Shown here in pieces: positions 20,875 through 29,927 of a DNA stretch of 64,000 bases. The notes beneath the pieces are model-generated. The model saw nothing but the letters and a program-made list of their open reading frames with translations. It was not told the origin of the DNA and did no database searches. Positions within the stretch are counted from its first letter, which is position 1. Each line of letters opens with the position of its first letter. Source of the DNA: Myxococcales bacterium. GTDB taxonomy: Bacteria; Myxococcota_A; Polyangia; Polyangiales; DASUME01. The stretch is taken from the NCBI GenBank assembly GCA_047601445.1, contig JASGJH010000001.1:5152001-5216000 (forward strand), written 5' to 3'. The position numbers and the translations under genes were made by a program.

Positions 20875-23590
20875 AATCCGCCGCGAAGTGCTGTTTTCCA
20901 AGCTCAACAAGGTCGCGTACCAGACCGTGGAGGGAGCCACCCTCTTCTGCAAGCTGCGCGGAAACCCCTACGTGGAGCTCGCCCACTGGTTGCATCAGGC
21001 CCTGGAGCACGGCGATTCCGACCTGCGGCTCGTGGTGCGCGCCTTCGAGCTCGACCCCTCGAAGTTGGCCGCCGATTTGACGCAGGCCCTCGACCGCATG
21101 CCACGCGGGTCGACCTCCGTGCAGGACCTCTCGCCACACATCGATCGCATGGTGGAGCGCTCCTTCGTGTACGCCAACCTGCTGTTCGCCGAGCAGACCA
21201 TCCGCACGGGCCACATGCTGTTCGCCCTGCTCAAGACGCCCGAGCTGCTCCAGCCGCTGCGCGCCATATCGAAGCAGTTCGACCGCATTGGCGCCGACGA
21301 TTTCGCACGCCGCTTCGAGACCGTGCTCGGCAAGGCGTCGGAGTCTGCACTGGTGCAGGCCGCCGTGTTCGCACCCGCGAGTGCCGGAGCCGATGTGGCG
21401 CCCGCCACGATGGGCAAGCAAGAGGCGCTCAACCGCTATTCGGTGGACCTCACCGAGCGCGCGCGCAAGGGCGAGATCGATCCGATCGTTGGGCGCGACC
21501 ACGAGATGCGGCAGGTGGTCGACATCCTGATGCGGCGCCGCCAGAACAACCCCATCCTCACGGGCGAAGCGGGCGTGGGCAAGACCGCCGTCGTCGAGGG
21601 CCTCGCGCTGCGCATCGCCCATGGCGACGTGCCGCCGTCGCTGCGTGAGGTGTCGCTGCGCTCCCTCGATATCGGCCTGTTGCAGGCCGGCGCGAGCATG
21701 AAGGGAGAGTTCGAGCAGCGTCTGCGACAGGTAATCGACGAGGTCCAGGCCTCCGAGAAGCCCATCATCTTGTTCATCGACGAGGCCCACACCTTGATTG
21801 GGGCTGGTGGAGCTGCGGGCACGGGCGACGCCGCCAACCTGCTCAAGCCGGCCCTGGCGCGCGGCAAGCTGCGCACCATCGCGGCCACCACCTGGGCCGA
21901 GTACAAGAAGCACATCGAGAAGGACCCCGCGCTCACGCGCCGCTTCCAGGTAGTGCAAGTGGGTGAGCCGAGCGAGGAGACGGCGCTCCGCATGATGCGC
22001 GCCATGGCTCACACGCTCGAGTCCCACCACCGCGTGCAAATCCTCGACGACGCGCTCGAAGCCGCGGTCAAGCTTTCCCACCGCTACATCCCCGCGCGCC
22101 AACTGCCGGACAAGTCCGTGAGCTTGCTCGACACCACCTGCGCGCGCGTGGCCGTGAGTCAGCACGCGGTCCCCGCCGCGGTGGAGGAGACGCGACGCAC
22201 CATCGAGGCGCTCGAGACCGAGCTCGGCATCATCGGCCGCGAAGACGCGCTCGGCATGAACATCGAAAAGCGCCGCACGCAGGCCGAGCAGAAGTTGGCC
22301 GAGTCCAGGAGTCGCCTCGACACGCTGGAGCGCCGCTGGAAGAGCGAGAACGCCCTGGTCACGCGGGTGCTCGAGATCCGCAAGCAACTGCGCAAGGGCG
22401 CGCAACCCATCGACGCCAAGGGTGCGGTCGACGCCAAGGGTGCGGCCGGCGCGAGCGCGGTCGAGGCCCCCAAGGCCGACGAAGCGCCGAGCCCCGAGCA
22501 GCGCGAGAAGCTGCTGGCCGAGCTGCGCGGGCTGGAAGCCGAGCTAGCACAGCTGCAAGGCGACGAGCCGCTGATCCTGCCGAGCGTGGATGCCCAGGCG
22601 GTGGGCTCCGTGGTGAGCGACTGGACCGGGATCCCGGTGGGTCGCATGGTACGCAACGAGTTGGCCGCGGTGCTCAACCTGGCGGACACCATCAGCAAGC
22701 GTGTGATCGGACAGCGTCACGCCCTCGAGCTCATCGCACAGCGCGTGCAGACCACGCGCGCAGGCCTCGAGGATCCTCGCAAGCCCATCGGCGTGTTCCT
22801 GCTGGCAGGTCCCTCGGGCGTGGGCAAGACGGAGACCGCGCTGGCCCTGGCCGAGGCCCTGTTCGGGGGCGAGCAGAGCCTCATCACCATCAACATGAGC
22901 GAGTTCCAGGAAGCCCACACGGTGTCCACGCTCAAGGGCTCTCCGCCCGGCTACGTGGGCTATGGCGAGGGTGGCGTGCTCACGGAGGCCGTGCGCCGCA
23001 GGCCCTACAGCGTGGTGCTGCTCGACGAGGTCGAGAAGGCGCACTCGGACGTGCACGAGCTTTTCTTCCAGGTGTTCGACAAGGGCTTCATGGAAGACGG
23101 CGAGGGCCGCGTCATCGACTTCAAGAACACGCTGATTCTGCTCACCTCCAACGCAGGCAGCGACCTCAGCATGCAGATGTGCAGCGACCCCGAGCTGATG
23201 CCCACTCCGGAGGCCATGGCCAAGGCCCTGCGCACGCCCTTGCTCAAGGTGTTCCCGCCCGCGTTGCTCGGGCGCATGGTCACCATCCCCTACTACCCGC
23301 TGAGCGATCAGATGATCCGCTCCATCGTCGAGCTCCAGCTCAAGCGCGTGCAGACGCGCGTGCAGACACGCTACGGTATCCCCTTCGGCTACGACGAAGC
23401 GGTGGCCAAGCTGGTGGCCGGACGCTGCACCGAGCTCGAAAGCGGCGCACGCATGATCGAGTCCATGCTGGCCAACACACTGCTGCCACGGCTGAGCCAG
23501 GAGTTCTTGAACCGCGTGATGGACGGACGCGAGTTGAAGAGCGTGCAGGTGGGCGTGAAGAACGGCGAGTTCGACTACGTGTTCGAGTGA
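20867..23590 (+). CDS. tssH: T6SS AAA+ ATPase ClpV/TssH
   Basis: LRGNPYVELAHW; two Walker A motifs (GEAGVGKT, GPSGVGKT); SPPGYVGYGEGGVLTEAVRR. Confidence 0.97.
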   Translation: MSEIRREVLFSKLNKVAYQTVEGATLFCKLRGNPYVELAHWLHQALEHGDSDLRLVVRAFELDPSKLAADLTQALDRMPRGSTSVQDLSPHIDRMVERSFVYANLLFAEQTIRTGHMLFALLKTPELLQPLRAISKQFDRIGADDFARRFETVLGKASESALVQAAVFAPASAGADVAPATMGKQEALNRYSVDLTERARKGEIDPIVGRDHEMRQVVDILMRRRQNNPILTGEAGVGKTAVVEGLALRIAHGDVPPSLREVSLRSLDIGLLQAGASMKGEFEQRLRQVIDEVQASEKPIILFIDEAHTLIGAGGAAGTGDAANLLKPALARGKLRTIAATTWAEYKKHIEKDPALTRRFQVVQVGEPSEETALRMMRAMAHTLESHHRVQILDDALEAAVKLSHRYIPARQLPDKSVSLLDTTCARVAVSQHAVPAAVEETRRTIEALETELGIIGREDALGMNIEKRRTQAEQKLAESRSRLDTLERRWKSENALVTRVLEIRKQLRKGAQPIDAKGAVDAKGAAGASAVEAPKADEAPSPEQREKLLAELRGLEAELAQLQGDEPLILPSVDAQAVGSVVSDWTGIPVGRMVRNELAAVLNLADTISKRVIGQRHALELIAQRVQTTRAGLEDPRKPIGVFLLAGPSGVGKTETALALAEALFGGEQSLITINMSEFQEAHTVSTLKGSPPGYVGYGEGGVLTEAVRRRPYSVVLLDEVEKAHSDVHELFFQVFDKGFMEDGEGRVIDFKNTLILLTSNAGSDLSMQMCSDPELMPTPEAMAKALRTPLLKVFPPALLGRMVTIPYYPLSDQMIRSIVELQLKRVQTRVQTRYGIPFGYDEAVAKLVAGRCTELESGARMIESMLANTLLPRLSQEFLNRVMDGRELKSVQVGVKNGEFDYVFE

Positions 23591-24075
23591 GCTCGAGGCT
23601 CGCCATACGAGCGACGCGCCATGCGGCCAGTTCCACGCGAGCGCTGGGAGTCCTCGGGCTCCTGGCCTCGTTCCACGTGAGCTGCGACGCGCCGCTGGTT
23701 CCGATCCCGTGGCAGTGGGCCAATGGGCGAGCCGCGCAGACAAAGGCCGTGGTGGAGATCAAGGCACTGGCCACACCCGGCGATGGATGGTTCGGCATCG
23801 GACGCTCGCCTTCGATCGCGAACAACCTCCCTGACCCGGTGGACCTCGAGGGTCAGGTCGTCACGAGCAGCCCGCACATCGACCTCGACCGCATGCTCGT
23901 GCGACTACCGCGCTCCGAGCTCGGCACGGCGCGAGTTGGGCAGCGGGTGGCCCTGGGCATGTTCGACAACAGCTGCATTTGCGTCGCTGCAGTGCCCGAG
24001 TACGTGGCCGCCGCCAACGTCACGCAGTGGCTGGACGCTTGGCGCTGCGCTGAAGCGTCGCAGCCTAAGCCCTAG
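23587..24075 (+). CDS. Hypothetical protein, possible lipoprotein, coupled to tssH
   Basis: GTGA overlap with the tssH stop; hydrophobic stretch ending in Cys (ALGVLGLLASFHVSC). Confidence 0.55.
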   Translation: MSSRLAIRATRHAASSTRALGVLGLLASFHVSCDAPLVPIPWQWANGRAAQTKAVVEIKALATPGDGWFGIGRSPSIANNLPDPVDLEGQVVTSSPHIDLDRMLVRLPRSELGTARVGQRVALGMFDNSCICVAAVPEYVAAANVTQWLDAWRCAEASQPKP

Positions 24076-24145
24076 TAAGACTGTTCAGGGTGAGTGCGAC
24101 GCCTTGAGTCTTGGATTGCTTTGGGTCAGGTGGTAGCGCTGTCGC

Positions 24146-25006
24146 ATGGGTCTACCCGACGACTTCGACTTCTCCGCCTTCCTCGACTCCATCGACGAGA
24201 ACTGGGAGCTGCGCGGCATGCGTGTCGTCTACTACGACGGCTACGAGATGACCATCATCCGCGAAGGGCCACCGTGGTGCGCGGCCGACCTGAAGACCAT
24301 CGTGATCAAGCCGAATCTGGGCGAAACCACGCTGCACTCGCCGAAGGCCGCCGAGACGCGTGACGGCCGCATGTACTCGGAGTTGCTCAGCGCGGGTCTC
24401 GGCTGCGCGGGCGCCGTGGTGGGCTGGGCCGTGGTCTTCGGCAGCGCAGGCGCGGCACCGGTCACGGGAGGCACCTCGACATTCGTGACAGCCCTCGCGT
24501 GGACGGGCGCGGTGTCGGGGTCCCTGCAATGCGCAAACTCGATGGTACGCGTGTGGAGCGAAGCCACCGATCCGCACTTCAACGACATGCTCGACAGCCA
24601 GGCCTGGTACACGCGGACCTCGGCGGCACTCGACGCGATCTCTTTGATCGGCGCCGGCGCGTCCACGGTGGCCACGTTGCGCATGGCCAAGGCGCTCCAG
24701 GCCTCGACCGGCAAGACCATGCTCGCGGTGCTCAAGGGCCTCACGCGTCAGGAACGCAAGCGCATTGCAGAGGAGGCCATCCGCCTCCAAAATCCGGGCA
24801 TCACCAAGGCCATGCTCAAACGATTCGTGCAAGCTGGGCTGTACCCCAAGCGCTTCACCTCCGAGGCGGTCACCCATGCGATCCGGGACCAGCTCAAGGA
24901 CGCAATCGGGGCAGCGTTGAGCCTGGTCGGCAGCGCCACGAGTGGACTCGTGCGGCAAGCCGGCACCTACGTGGTGGGCGTGGCGCAAAGTGTCGAAACC
25001 TACTGA
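24146..25006 (+). CDS. Candidate membrane-acting T6SS effector (Gly/Ala-rich hydrophobic helices)
   Basis: No signal peptide; hydrophobic hairpin LGCAGAVVGWAVVFGSAGAAPVTGGTSTFVTALAWTGAVSG; located at the end of the T6SS operon. Confidence 0.55.
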   Translation: MGLPDDFDFSAFLDSIDENWELRGMRVVYYDGYEMTIIREGPPWCAADLKTIVIKPNLGETTLHSPKAAETRDGRMYSELLSAGLGCAGAVVGWAVVFGSAGAAPVTGGTSTFVTALAWTGAVSGSLQCANSMVRVWSEATDPHFNDMLDSQAWYTRTSAALDAISLIGAGASTVATLRMAKALQASTGKTMLAVLKGLTRQERKRIAEEAIRLQNPGITKAMLKRFVQAGLYPKRFTSEAVTHAIRDQLKDAIGAALSLVGSATSGLVRQAGTYVVGVAQSVETY

Positions 25007-25508
25007 CCCTGTTGAGCCCGAGTTCGCCTTCACGGACGCCGTGGTCGATCAGGTCTTGCGCGGCGAGCGCGTGTTGCCCTTCCTGCCCGGAACGCGCAAC
25101 GCGGTAGGCGCCATGTTGCTCGTCTTGCTGGGCACGACCTGTCTGGTGGGGAGCGTGGGCCTATCCGCGGCGCAGCAGCGTAGCGATGCCCAACTCGTGG
25201 GCGTGGGCGCAGTGGCGCTCGGAGCACTCGCAGTGAACGCCCTCGGCTTTTGCTTGGTGCAAGGTTTGGATCGAGCGCAGACCTGGTTCCTGCGCTGGAG
25301 CACGCTCGGTTTCGTGGCATCGCTAGGGACCGCGCTGACGCGCGCCCTGGGTGATGGCCAAGGGCCCCTCTTGCCGGCGGCCACGGCGGCATCGCTCTTC
25401 CTGGGCGCCCTGGCAGTGCAGCGCAGCGAGGGATTTATCACACACGCCCACTTTCGGCGCCGCCTTCGCGCTGGGCGCGCGCGCCTGGCGAAGGCACGCC
25501 AGAGCTAG
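24990..25508 (+). CDS. Four-TM inner-membrane protein, candidate immunity protein
   Basis: Four hydrophobic segments; GTG start overlaps the upstream gene by 17 nt. Confidence 0.55.
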   Translation: MSKPTDPVEPEFAFTDAVVDQVLRGERVLPFLPGTRNAVGAMLLVLLGTTCLVGSVGLSAAQQRSDAQLVGVGAVALGALAVNALGFCLVQGLDRAQTWFLRWSTLGFVASLGTALTRALGDGQGPLLPAATAASLFLGALAVQRSEGFITHAHFRRRLRAGRARLAKARQS

Positions 25509-25540
25509 CGGCGGGACGGCTCGCGCCCGCCGCTAGCTCT
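25501..25540 (+). terminator. Perfect 15-bp inverted repeat ending the T6SS plus-strand run
   Basis: AGAGCTAGCGGCGGG-10 nt loop-CCCGCCGCTAGCTCT, overlapping the stop codon at 25508. Confidence 0.7.
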
Positions 25541-25796
25541 GCGGGTCCGCCAAGTGGACCTGCCAAGACGCCAATTCGCCCGCGAAGTAAGGTCCATCAC
25601 CCTCGACCGCTGCGAACTGCCCCGTGTGTCGGATGGCTGCGCCAAAGTAGCCACGGTGGCGAATTGGATAGCCAGCGTCGAAGTAAGGCTGCCCACTTTG
25701 CGTCCGCGACGGAATTTGCCGTAGTCCCGCGAACCCGTTCGCGATTCGCCCATTCTCGCACGCTTAAGCACATGTGCGCACATCCTCACATCTGTT

Positions 25797-25812
25797 CGGC
25801 AACGGGCTTGCA
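25797..25812 (+). promoter_or_regulatory. Candidate sigma54 (-24/-12) promoter
   Basis: cGGCaacgggcTTGCa has GG-N10-GC spacing, about 57 nt upstream of ATG 25869. Confidence 0.45.
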
Positions 25813-25868
25813 AGGGCTTCTCGCCAGCACGCCGGTTCGTTCGGGGCGGCAACGAAAGGGACGCAGAC

Positions 25869-26765
25869 ATGGGCGCGGGATCTCGGTGGAGTGCAGCGCT
25901 GGCGTTGACGCTTTGGTCGGGAGTGGGTTCGGCTCAGGACACCGCAGCAGTGGTTGCTCCTCCCGCTCAGGCCGAGGCAGCGGGGTCGACGGACGGGGCG
26001 CCCGAGGGACCGAACCCCGTGCCCGCGACGACTCAACACGCGCCAGCGCGCCGCGCGGAGCTGTTCTGCACGTACAACCAGCGCGGTGAAGAGGAGTGCA
26101 TCTCCCTGACGAGCCTGCCTTCCCGCGCGCTCATCGAGCGCACGCTCGCCGAGTACGCGTCGACCGGCAAGGGTCTCGACGTGCAGCAACTGCGCTGCGA
26201 AAAGAACGGTTCGATCATGGACGCGGCACGCGCACGCCGGGCCGGTAAGCGAAAGCGCGCGGTCAGGACGGACGAGTGGTCCCTCAGCACCATCGAGCGT
26301 GCCGAACAGAACATCTTGGCCCTGCTGCGCTCCTGCCATGCGACGGACGCGGGGCTGGCCGATCCGATCGGGCTCGCGCCGACGGAGGCAGCTCCGCTAC
26401 CGGTGGTCATGGTCGGCGCTCCGGCGAATCGCGATGCACTCGACCTTCCCACGACCGAGGCGGGCGAGGCCGCGAACGCCGGCGCCCACGAAGGTGAAGC
26501 GCCGAGCAACGAGCTCACCTTCGACGAGGTCCAGGTGAGTGGCGAGGCCACGGCGGTGAGCGCAAACTTCGAGAACGCTGCTTCGCTGCCCTCGGGTGTC
26601 CGCCTGGTCCATGGCTACAGCGAGCTGCGCCCCGCCGTCACGCGCCTGGTCATCGTCTGGGAAGCCAACGTGCCGCCGGAGAGCGGCGCCCACGCGCTCA
26701 ACATCGATCCCTGTGCCGATCCCATCGGGATGCCGGCCTTCGGTGAGTGCGAGCAGCATTTCTGA
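25869..26765 (+). CDS. Exported hypothetical protein
   Basis: Signal peptide WSAALALTLWSGVGSAQ; paired cysteines; RBS-like AAAGGGA. Confidence 0.65.
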   Translation: MGAGSRWSAALALTLWSGVGSAQDTAAVVAPPAQAEAAGSTDGAPEGPNPVPATTQHAPARRAELFCTYNQRGEEECISLTSLPSRALIERTLAEYASTGKGLDVQQLRCEKNGSIMDAARARRAGKRKRAVRTDEWSLSTIERAEQNILALLRSCHATDAGLADPIGLAPTEAAPLPVVMVGAPANRDALDLPTTEAGEAANAGAHEGEAPSNELTFDEVQVSGEATAVSANFENAASLPSGVRLVHGYSELRPAVTRLVIVWEANVPPESGAHALNIDPCADPIGMPAFGECEQHF

Positions 26766-26891
26766 GCCGCGTAAGAGCTGCTCGCGGCGAGATGTGCTTC
26801 CTAGGGCCGATACCTGGTCTGCGTGTCGCCTCGATGCTTGAGTCTATAGTGAAGGGAGTAGGGGACCGAGAAGCGTCGCCTGCGTGTCTTC

Positions 26892-28673
26892 GTGCTCGCC
26901 ATGATGTCAGGGCCCGACATCTCCACGCTGCGGCTGCTCGGGATGATCCTCGCGCTGCTCCAGGCCGTGGCCCTGGGAGCGCTCGGTAGCGCCCGCGGCT
27001 CCCCCGCGTACATGCGGCGCTGGTGGATCGCATCATGTCTCATCGCCTCGAGCTTCGTGGCCAGCCTGGCGGGTGAGCTCGGTCTCGGTCCCAGGCGCCT
27101 GCTCCTGCTCCTCGGCAGCGGCTTGAGCGTGGCCGGCTTCGCCAACGCGTACGACGGCTTTCAGCGGTACTTCCATCGCACGAGGCGCGCCCTCGACTGG
27201 TACGTGCAGCGGCTGCTCCCGGTCTACGTTCTGCTGACGTTGGTGTTTTCCCTCGGCTCCAGGCGCTCCGTGTCCGTCGCACTGGTCGGGGCCGCAACCA
27301 TCGCGCTCACGCTACCGGGAGTGAACCTGCTGGTGAGCGAACGCCGGAACGGACAGAGGCGTCGGCTCTCGCTGGTGACCGCGATCGCGTTCCTGGGCTA
27401 CGTGTTGGTGACCCTGCTCCGGATGACGACCTATGCGCTGCATGAAGAAGCGGTGAGCGACCCGCAGCACTGGATGCACCTGGTGTTCGCTTCGTATCTG
27501 GTGGTGTTCTTTCCGACGCTCACCATCCTGTTGACGTTGTTGCACAGCCGGCGCACGCAAGACGAGCTCAACACATCCCTCGAAGCTCAGCGCGAGAAGG
27601 CCGAAGAGCTCGACCGACATTTCAACTCGAGCCGCGACCTGCTGGCCGTGATCGACGAAGACGGTCGCTTCGAGCGCGTCAACGAGGAATGGCGTAGGGA
27701 TCTGAGCTACGAGCCCGCCTCGCTATTGGGAAGCTCCCTGCTCGACCTGGTCCATGAGGACGACCGTCAAGCAACCCGCAGAATGCTGCGCGGACCGCCC
27801 CGGATGCCGGTGTTCAACTTCGTCAATCGCTGCCGCGGAGCGGACGGCAAGCCTCGCTTCATCGAGTGGAACGTCCAGCCCATCGAGTCCCGTCGACACC
27901 TGGTGGGCCGCGACATCACGCAGCGCCGTGCCTTGCAAGATCAGCTTCAGCAAGCGCAAAAGATGGAGATCATCGGCCAGCTCGCCGGCGGCGTCGCCCA
28001 CGATCTCAACAACAGCCTGGCCGCCATCGTCACCGCTTCCGACCTGCTCGCGCAGCAGCTTTCGCGCGGCGAGGCGTCCCCGCGCTGCGTTCAGGCCATC
28101 AGCGAAGCGGCCCTTCGCGGCAAGGACCTCACTCGGGAGATCCTGGTGTTTTCGCGCAAGGACGAGCTCGACTTCAAGCCCATCGACGCCCACCAAGTGG
28201 TGCGCTCCTCGGTGGGTCTGCTCCGCCACAGCGTGCAGCGCAGTGTGCGCATCGAGGACGACCTGGAAGCGCCGCGGTCCCGCGTGAAGGGCGACTCGGC
28301 GCTGCTGCAGAGCGCGGTGCTCAACCTCGGCATCAACGCGCGCGACGCCATGCCCGACGGCGGCTCCATCGTGGTGTCCACGAGCAACGTCGCCATGAAC
28401 CAGGACGAGATCGCCGAGCACGCCTGGCACGTGGCGCCGGGCGACTTCCTCCGCATCGACGTCACGGACACGGGCACAGGGATGTCCGAGGAGCTTCAGC
28501 AGCGCATCTTCGACCCGTTCTTCACCACCAAGCCCGCCGGCAAGGGCACCGGCCTCGGATTGGCTTCGGTTTATGCCACCGCCGAACGTCATCACGGCGT
28601 GGTCACGGTGCACAGCGAGCTCGGCCGCGGCAGCACGTTCTCGCTGTTCCTCCCAATCGCGACCCAGGCCTGA
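26892..28673 (+). CDS. Membrane PAS sensor histidine kinase (NtrB/CckA-like core, no receiver domain)
   Basis: Multiple TMs, PAS domain (VHEDD, FIEWN, GRDIT), H-box GGVAHDLNN, INARDAM, DTGTGM, FDPFFTTK, GTGLGL. Confidence 0.93.
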   Translation: MLAMMSGPDISTLRLLGMILALLQAVALGALGSARGSPAYMRRWWIASCLIASSFVASLAGELGLGPRRLLLLLGSGLSVAGFANAYDGFQRYFHRTRRALDWYVQRLLPVYVLLTLVFSLGSRRSVSVALVGAATIALTLPGVNLLVSERRNGQRRRLSLVTAIAFLGYVLVTLLRMTTYALHEEAVSDPQHWMHLVFASYLVVFFPTLTILLTLLHSRRTQDELNTSLEAQREKAEELDRHFNSSRDLLAVIDEDGRFERVNEEWRRDLSYEPASLLGSSLLDLVHEDDRQATRRMLRGPPRMPVFNFVNRCRGADGKPRFIEWNVQPIESRRHLVGRDITQRRALQDQLQQAQKMEIIGQLAGGVAHDLNNSLAAIVTASDLLAQQLSRGEASPRCVQAISEAALRGKDLTREILVFSRKDELDFKPIDAHQVVRSSVGLLRHSVQRSVRIEDDLEAPRSRVKGDSALLQSAVLNLGINARDAMPDGGSIVVSTSNVAMNQDEIAEHAWHVAPGDFLRIDVTDTGTGMSEELQQRIFDPFFTTKPAGKGTGLGLASVYATAERHHGVVTVHSELGRGSTFSLFLPIATQA

Positions 28674-28767
28674 CAGCCCTGCAGGCAGGCGACTCGATCG
28701 ACCGCAGCAAGTCACCACGGCGCTACCTCGAAGTCGCTGCGCACGGCCCCGTGCCATACTCGGAGCC

Positions 28768-29373
28768 ATGACTTCCGAACCTCGCGACGTACGTATTTGC
28801 TTCTTCGGCGATAGCCTGACCAACGGAGTCCAGGACTCCACCTACATGGGCTGGACCGGACGCCTGTGCGCCGCGCTCCCCTTGCAAGTCACACACTACA
28901 ACCTCGGTGTTCGAGGTCATACCGCGCTCGACATCGAGCGACGCTGGGAAGCCGAAAGCTCACAACGCTGGAAGCCGGGCACGGAACGGCGTCTGGTATT
29001 CACGTTCGGGACCAATGATTGCTCGCTCGAGTCTGGCGTGCCGCGCTTGCCGCTCGCAGAGAGCGTGGCGAGCGCCGAGCGCATCTTGGCGCAAGCAATC
29101 GCGTGTTGCCCCGTGCTCTTCATCGGACCACCTGCCCTGGAGCTCGAAGACCACGCGTCGGCGTTCGCGCGACTGGGCGAGCTCTCCAAGGCCTATGCGC
29201 GTCTGGCCGAGCGCCTGGAAGTGCCGTACTTCGACCTGTTCGAGCACACGCGCGCGTCGAGCGACTGGTTCGGCGCAGTGCAACGTGGCGACGGAATCCA
29301 TCCGGAACACACGGGCTATGCACTCTGGGCGAACATGATCGCGACCTGGGATGCCTGGCGCGCCTGGTGGTGA
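28768..29373 (+). CDS. SGNH/GDSL hydrolase
   Basis: FFGDSLT, NLGVRG, FGTND, DGIHP. Confidence 0.92.
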   Translation: MTSEPRDVRICFFGDSLTNGVQDSTYMGWTGRLCAALPLQVTHYNLGVRGHTALDIERRWEAESSQRWKPGTERRLVFTFGTNDCSLESGVPRLPLAESVASAERILAQAIACCPVLFIGPPALELEDHASAFARLGELSKAYARLAERLEVPYFDLFEHTRASSDWFGAVQRGDGIHPEHTGYALWANMIATWDAWRAWW

Positions 29374-29377
29374 CGCG

Positions 29378-29869
29378 TCAGTTGATCTGCACCGAGCCGC
29401 CCTTGATGCGGTTGACGCCCTCGGAGCGCGTCTCGACGTAGGTTCCGCGGATCACCACGCGGCCGTTGCGGCGCAGCACGATGCTGGCCTTGCCACAGCG
29501 CAGCTCGATCTCGTCCTTGGCCTCGAGCACCACACGCTTGCCGTCGAGCTTGGCTTCGATCGATTCGCTCGGCGTGGCGCTGGGTCCAGCCATGGGTCGC
29601 GCTTCGACGAGCCCCACCACGATGGGCCGATCCGAACGCTCCTCTTCGAACACCAGCAGCACGGGCACGGGCGAAGCCACGGCGTCGTCCGACACACTGG
29701 GCAACGCGAGCGTGGACTTGGCCATCAGGGGCCCATGAGGGTTGTCGGGATACGTGACGAGCGGGGCCCCCTCGCGAACGCCGATCAGCGAGCCCAGCAG
29801 GTGACCTCGCACTTCCTTGGGCACGCGTGTGCGGCGCGCTGGCTGGGATCGCTTGGAACTCTTCAACAT
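29378..29869 (-). CDS. DUF6484-type spike-associated protein (OB-like fold plus gp5-like C-terminal strands)
   Basis: VLLVFEEERSDRPIVVGL; IELRCGKASIVLRRNG...IKGGSVQIN; downstream of vgrG. Confidence 0.8.
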   Translation of the reverse strand: MLKSSKRSQPARRTRVPKEVRGHLLGSLIGVREGAPLVTYPDNPHGPLMAKSTLALPSVSDDAVASPVPVLLVFEEERSDRPIVVGLVEARPMAGPSATPSESIEAKLDGKRVVLEAKDEIELRCGKASIVLRRNGRVVIRGTYVETRSEGVNRIKGGSVQIN

Positions 29870-29927
29870 GGGTTGCTCCAGTACTTCTGGCCCGCTCGGC
29901 GGGTTTACGGTCTGCTGGGCAGAGCTC

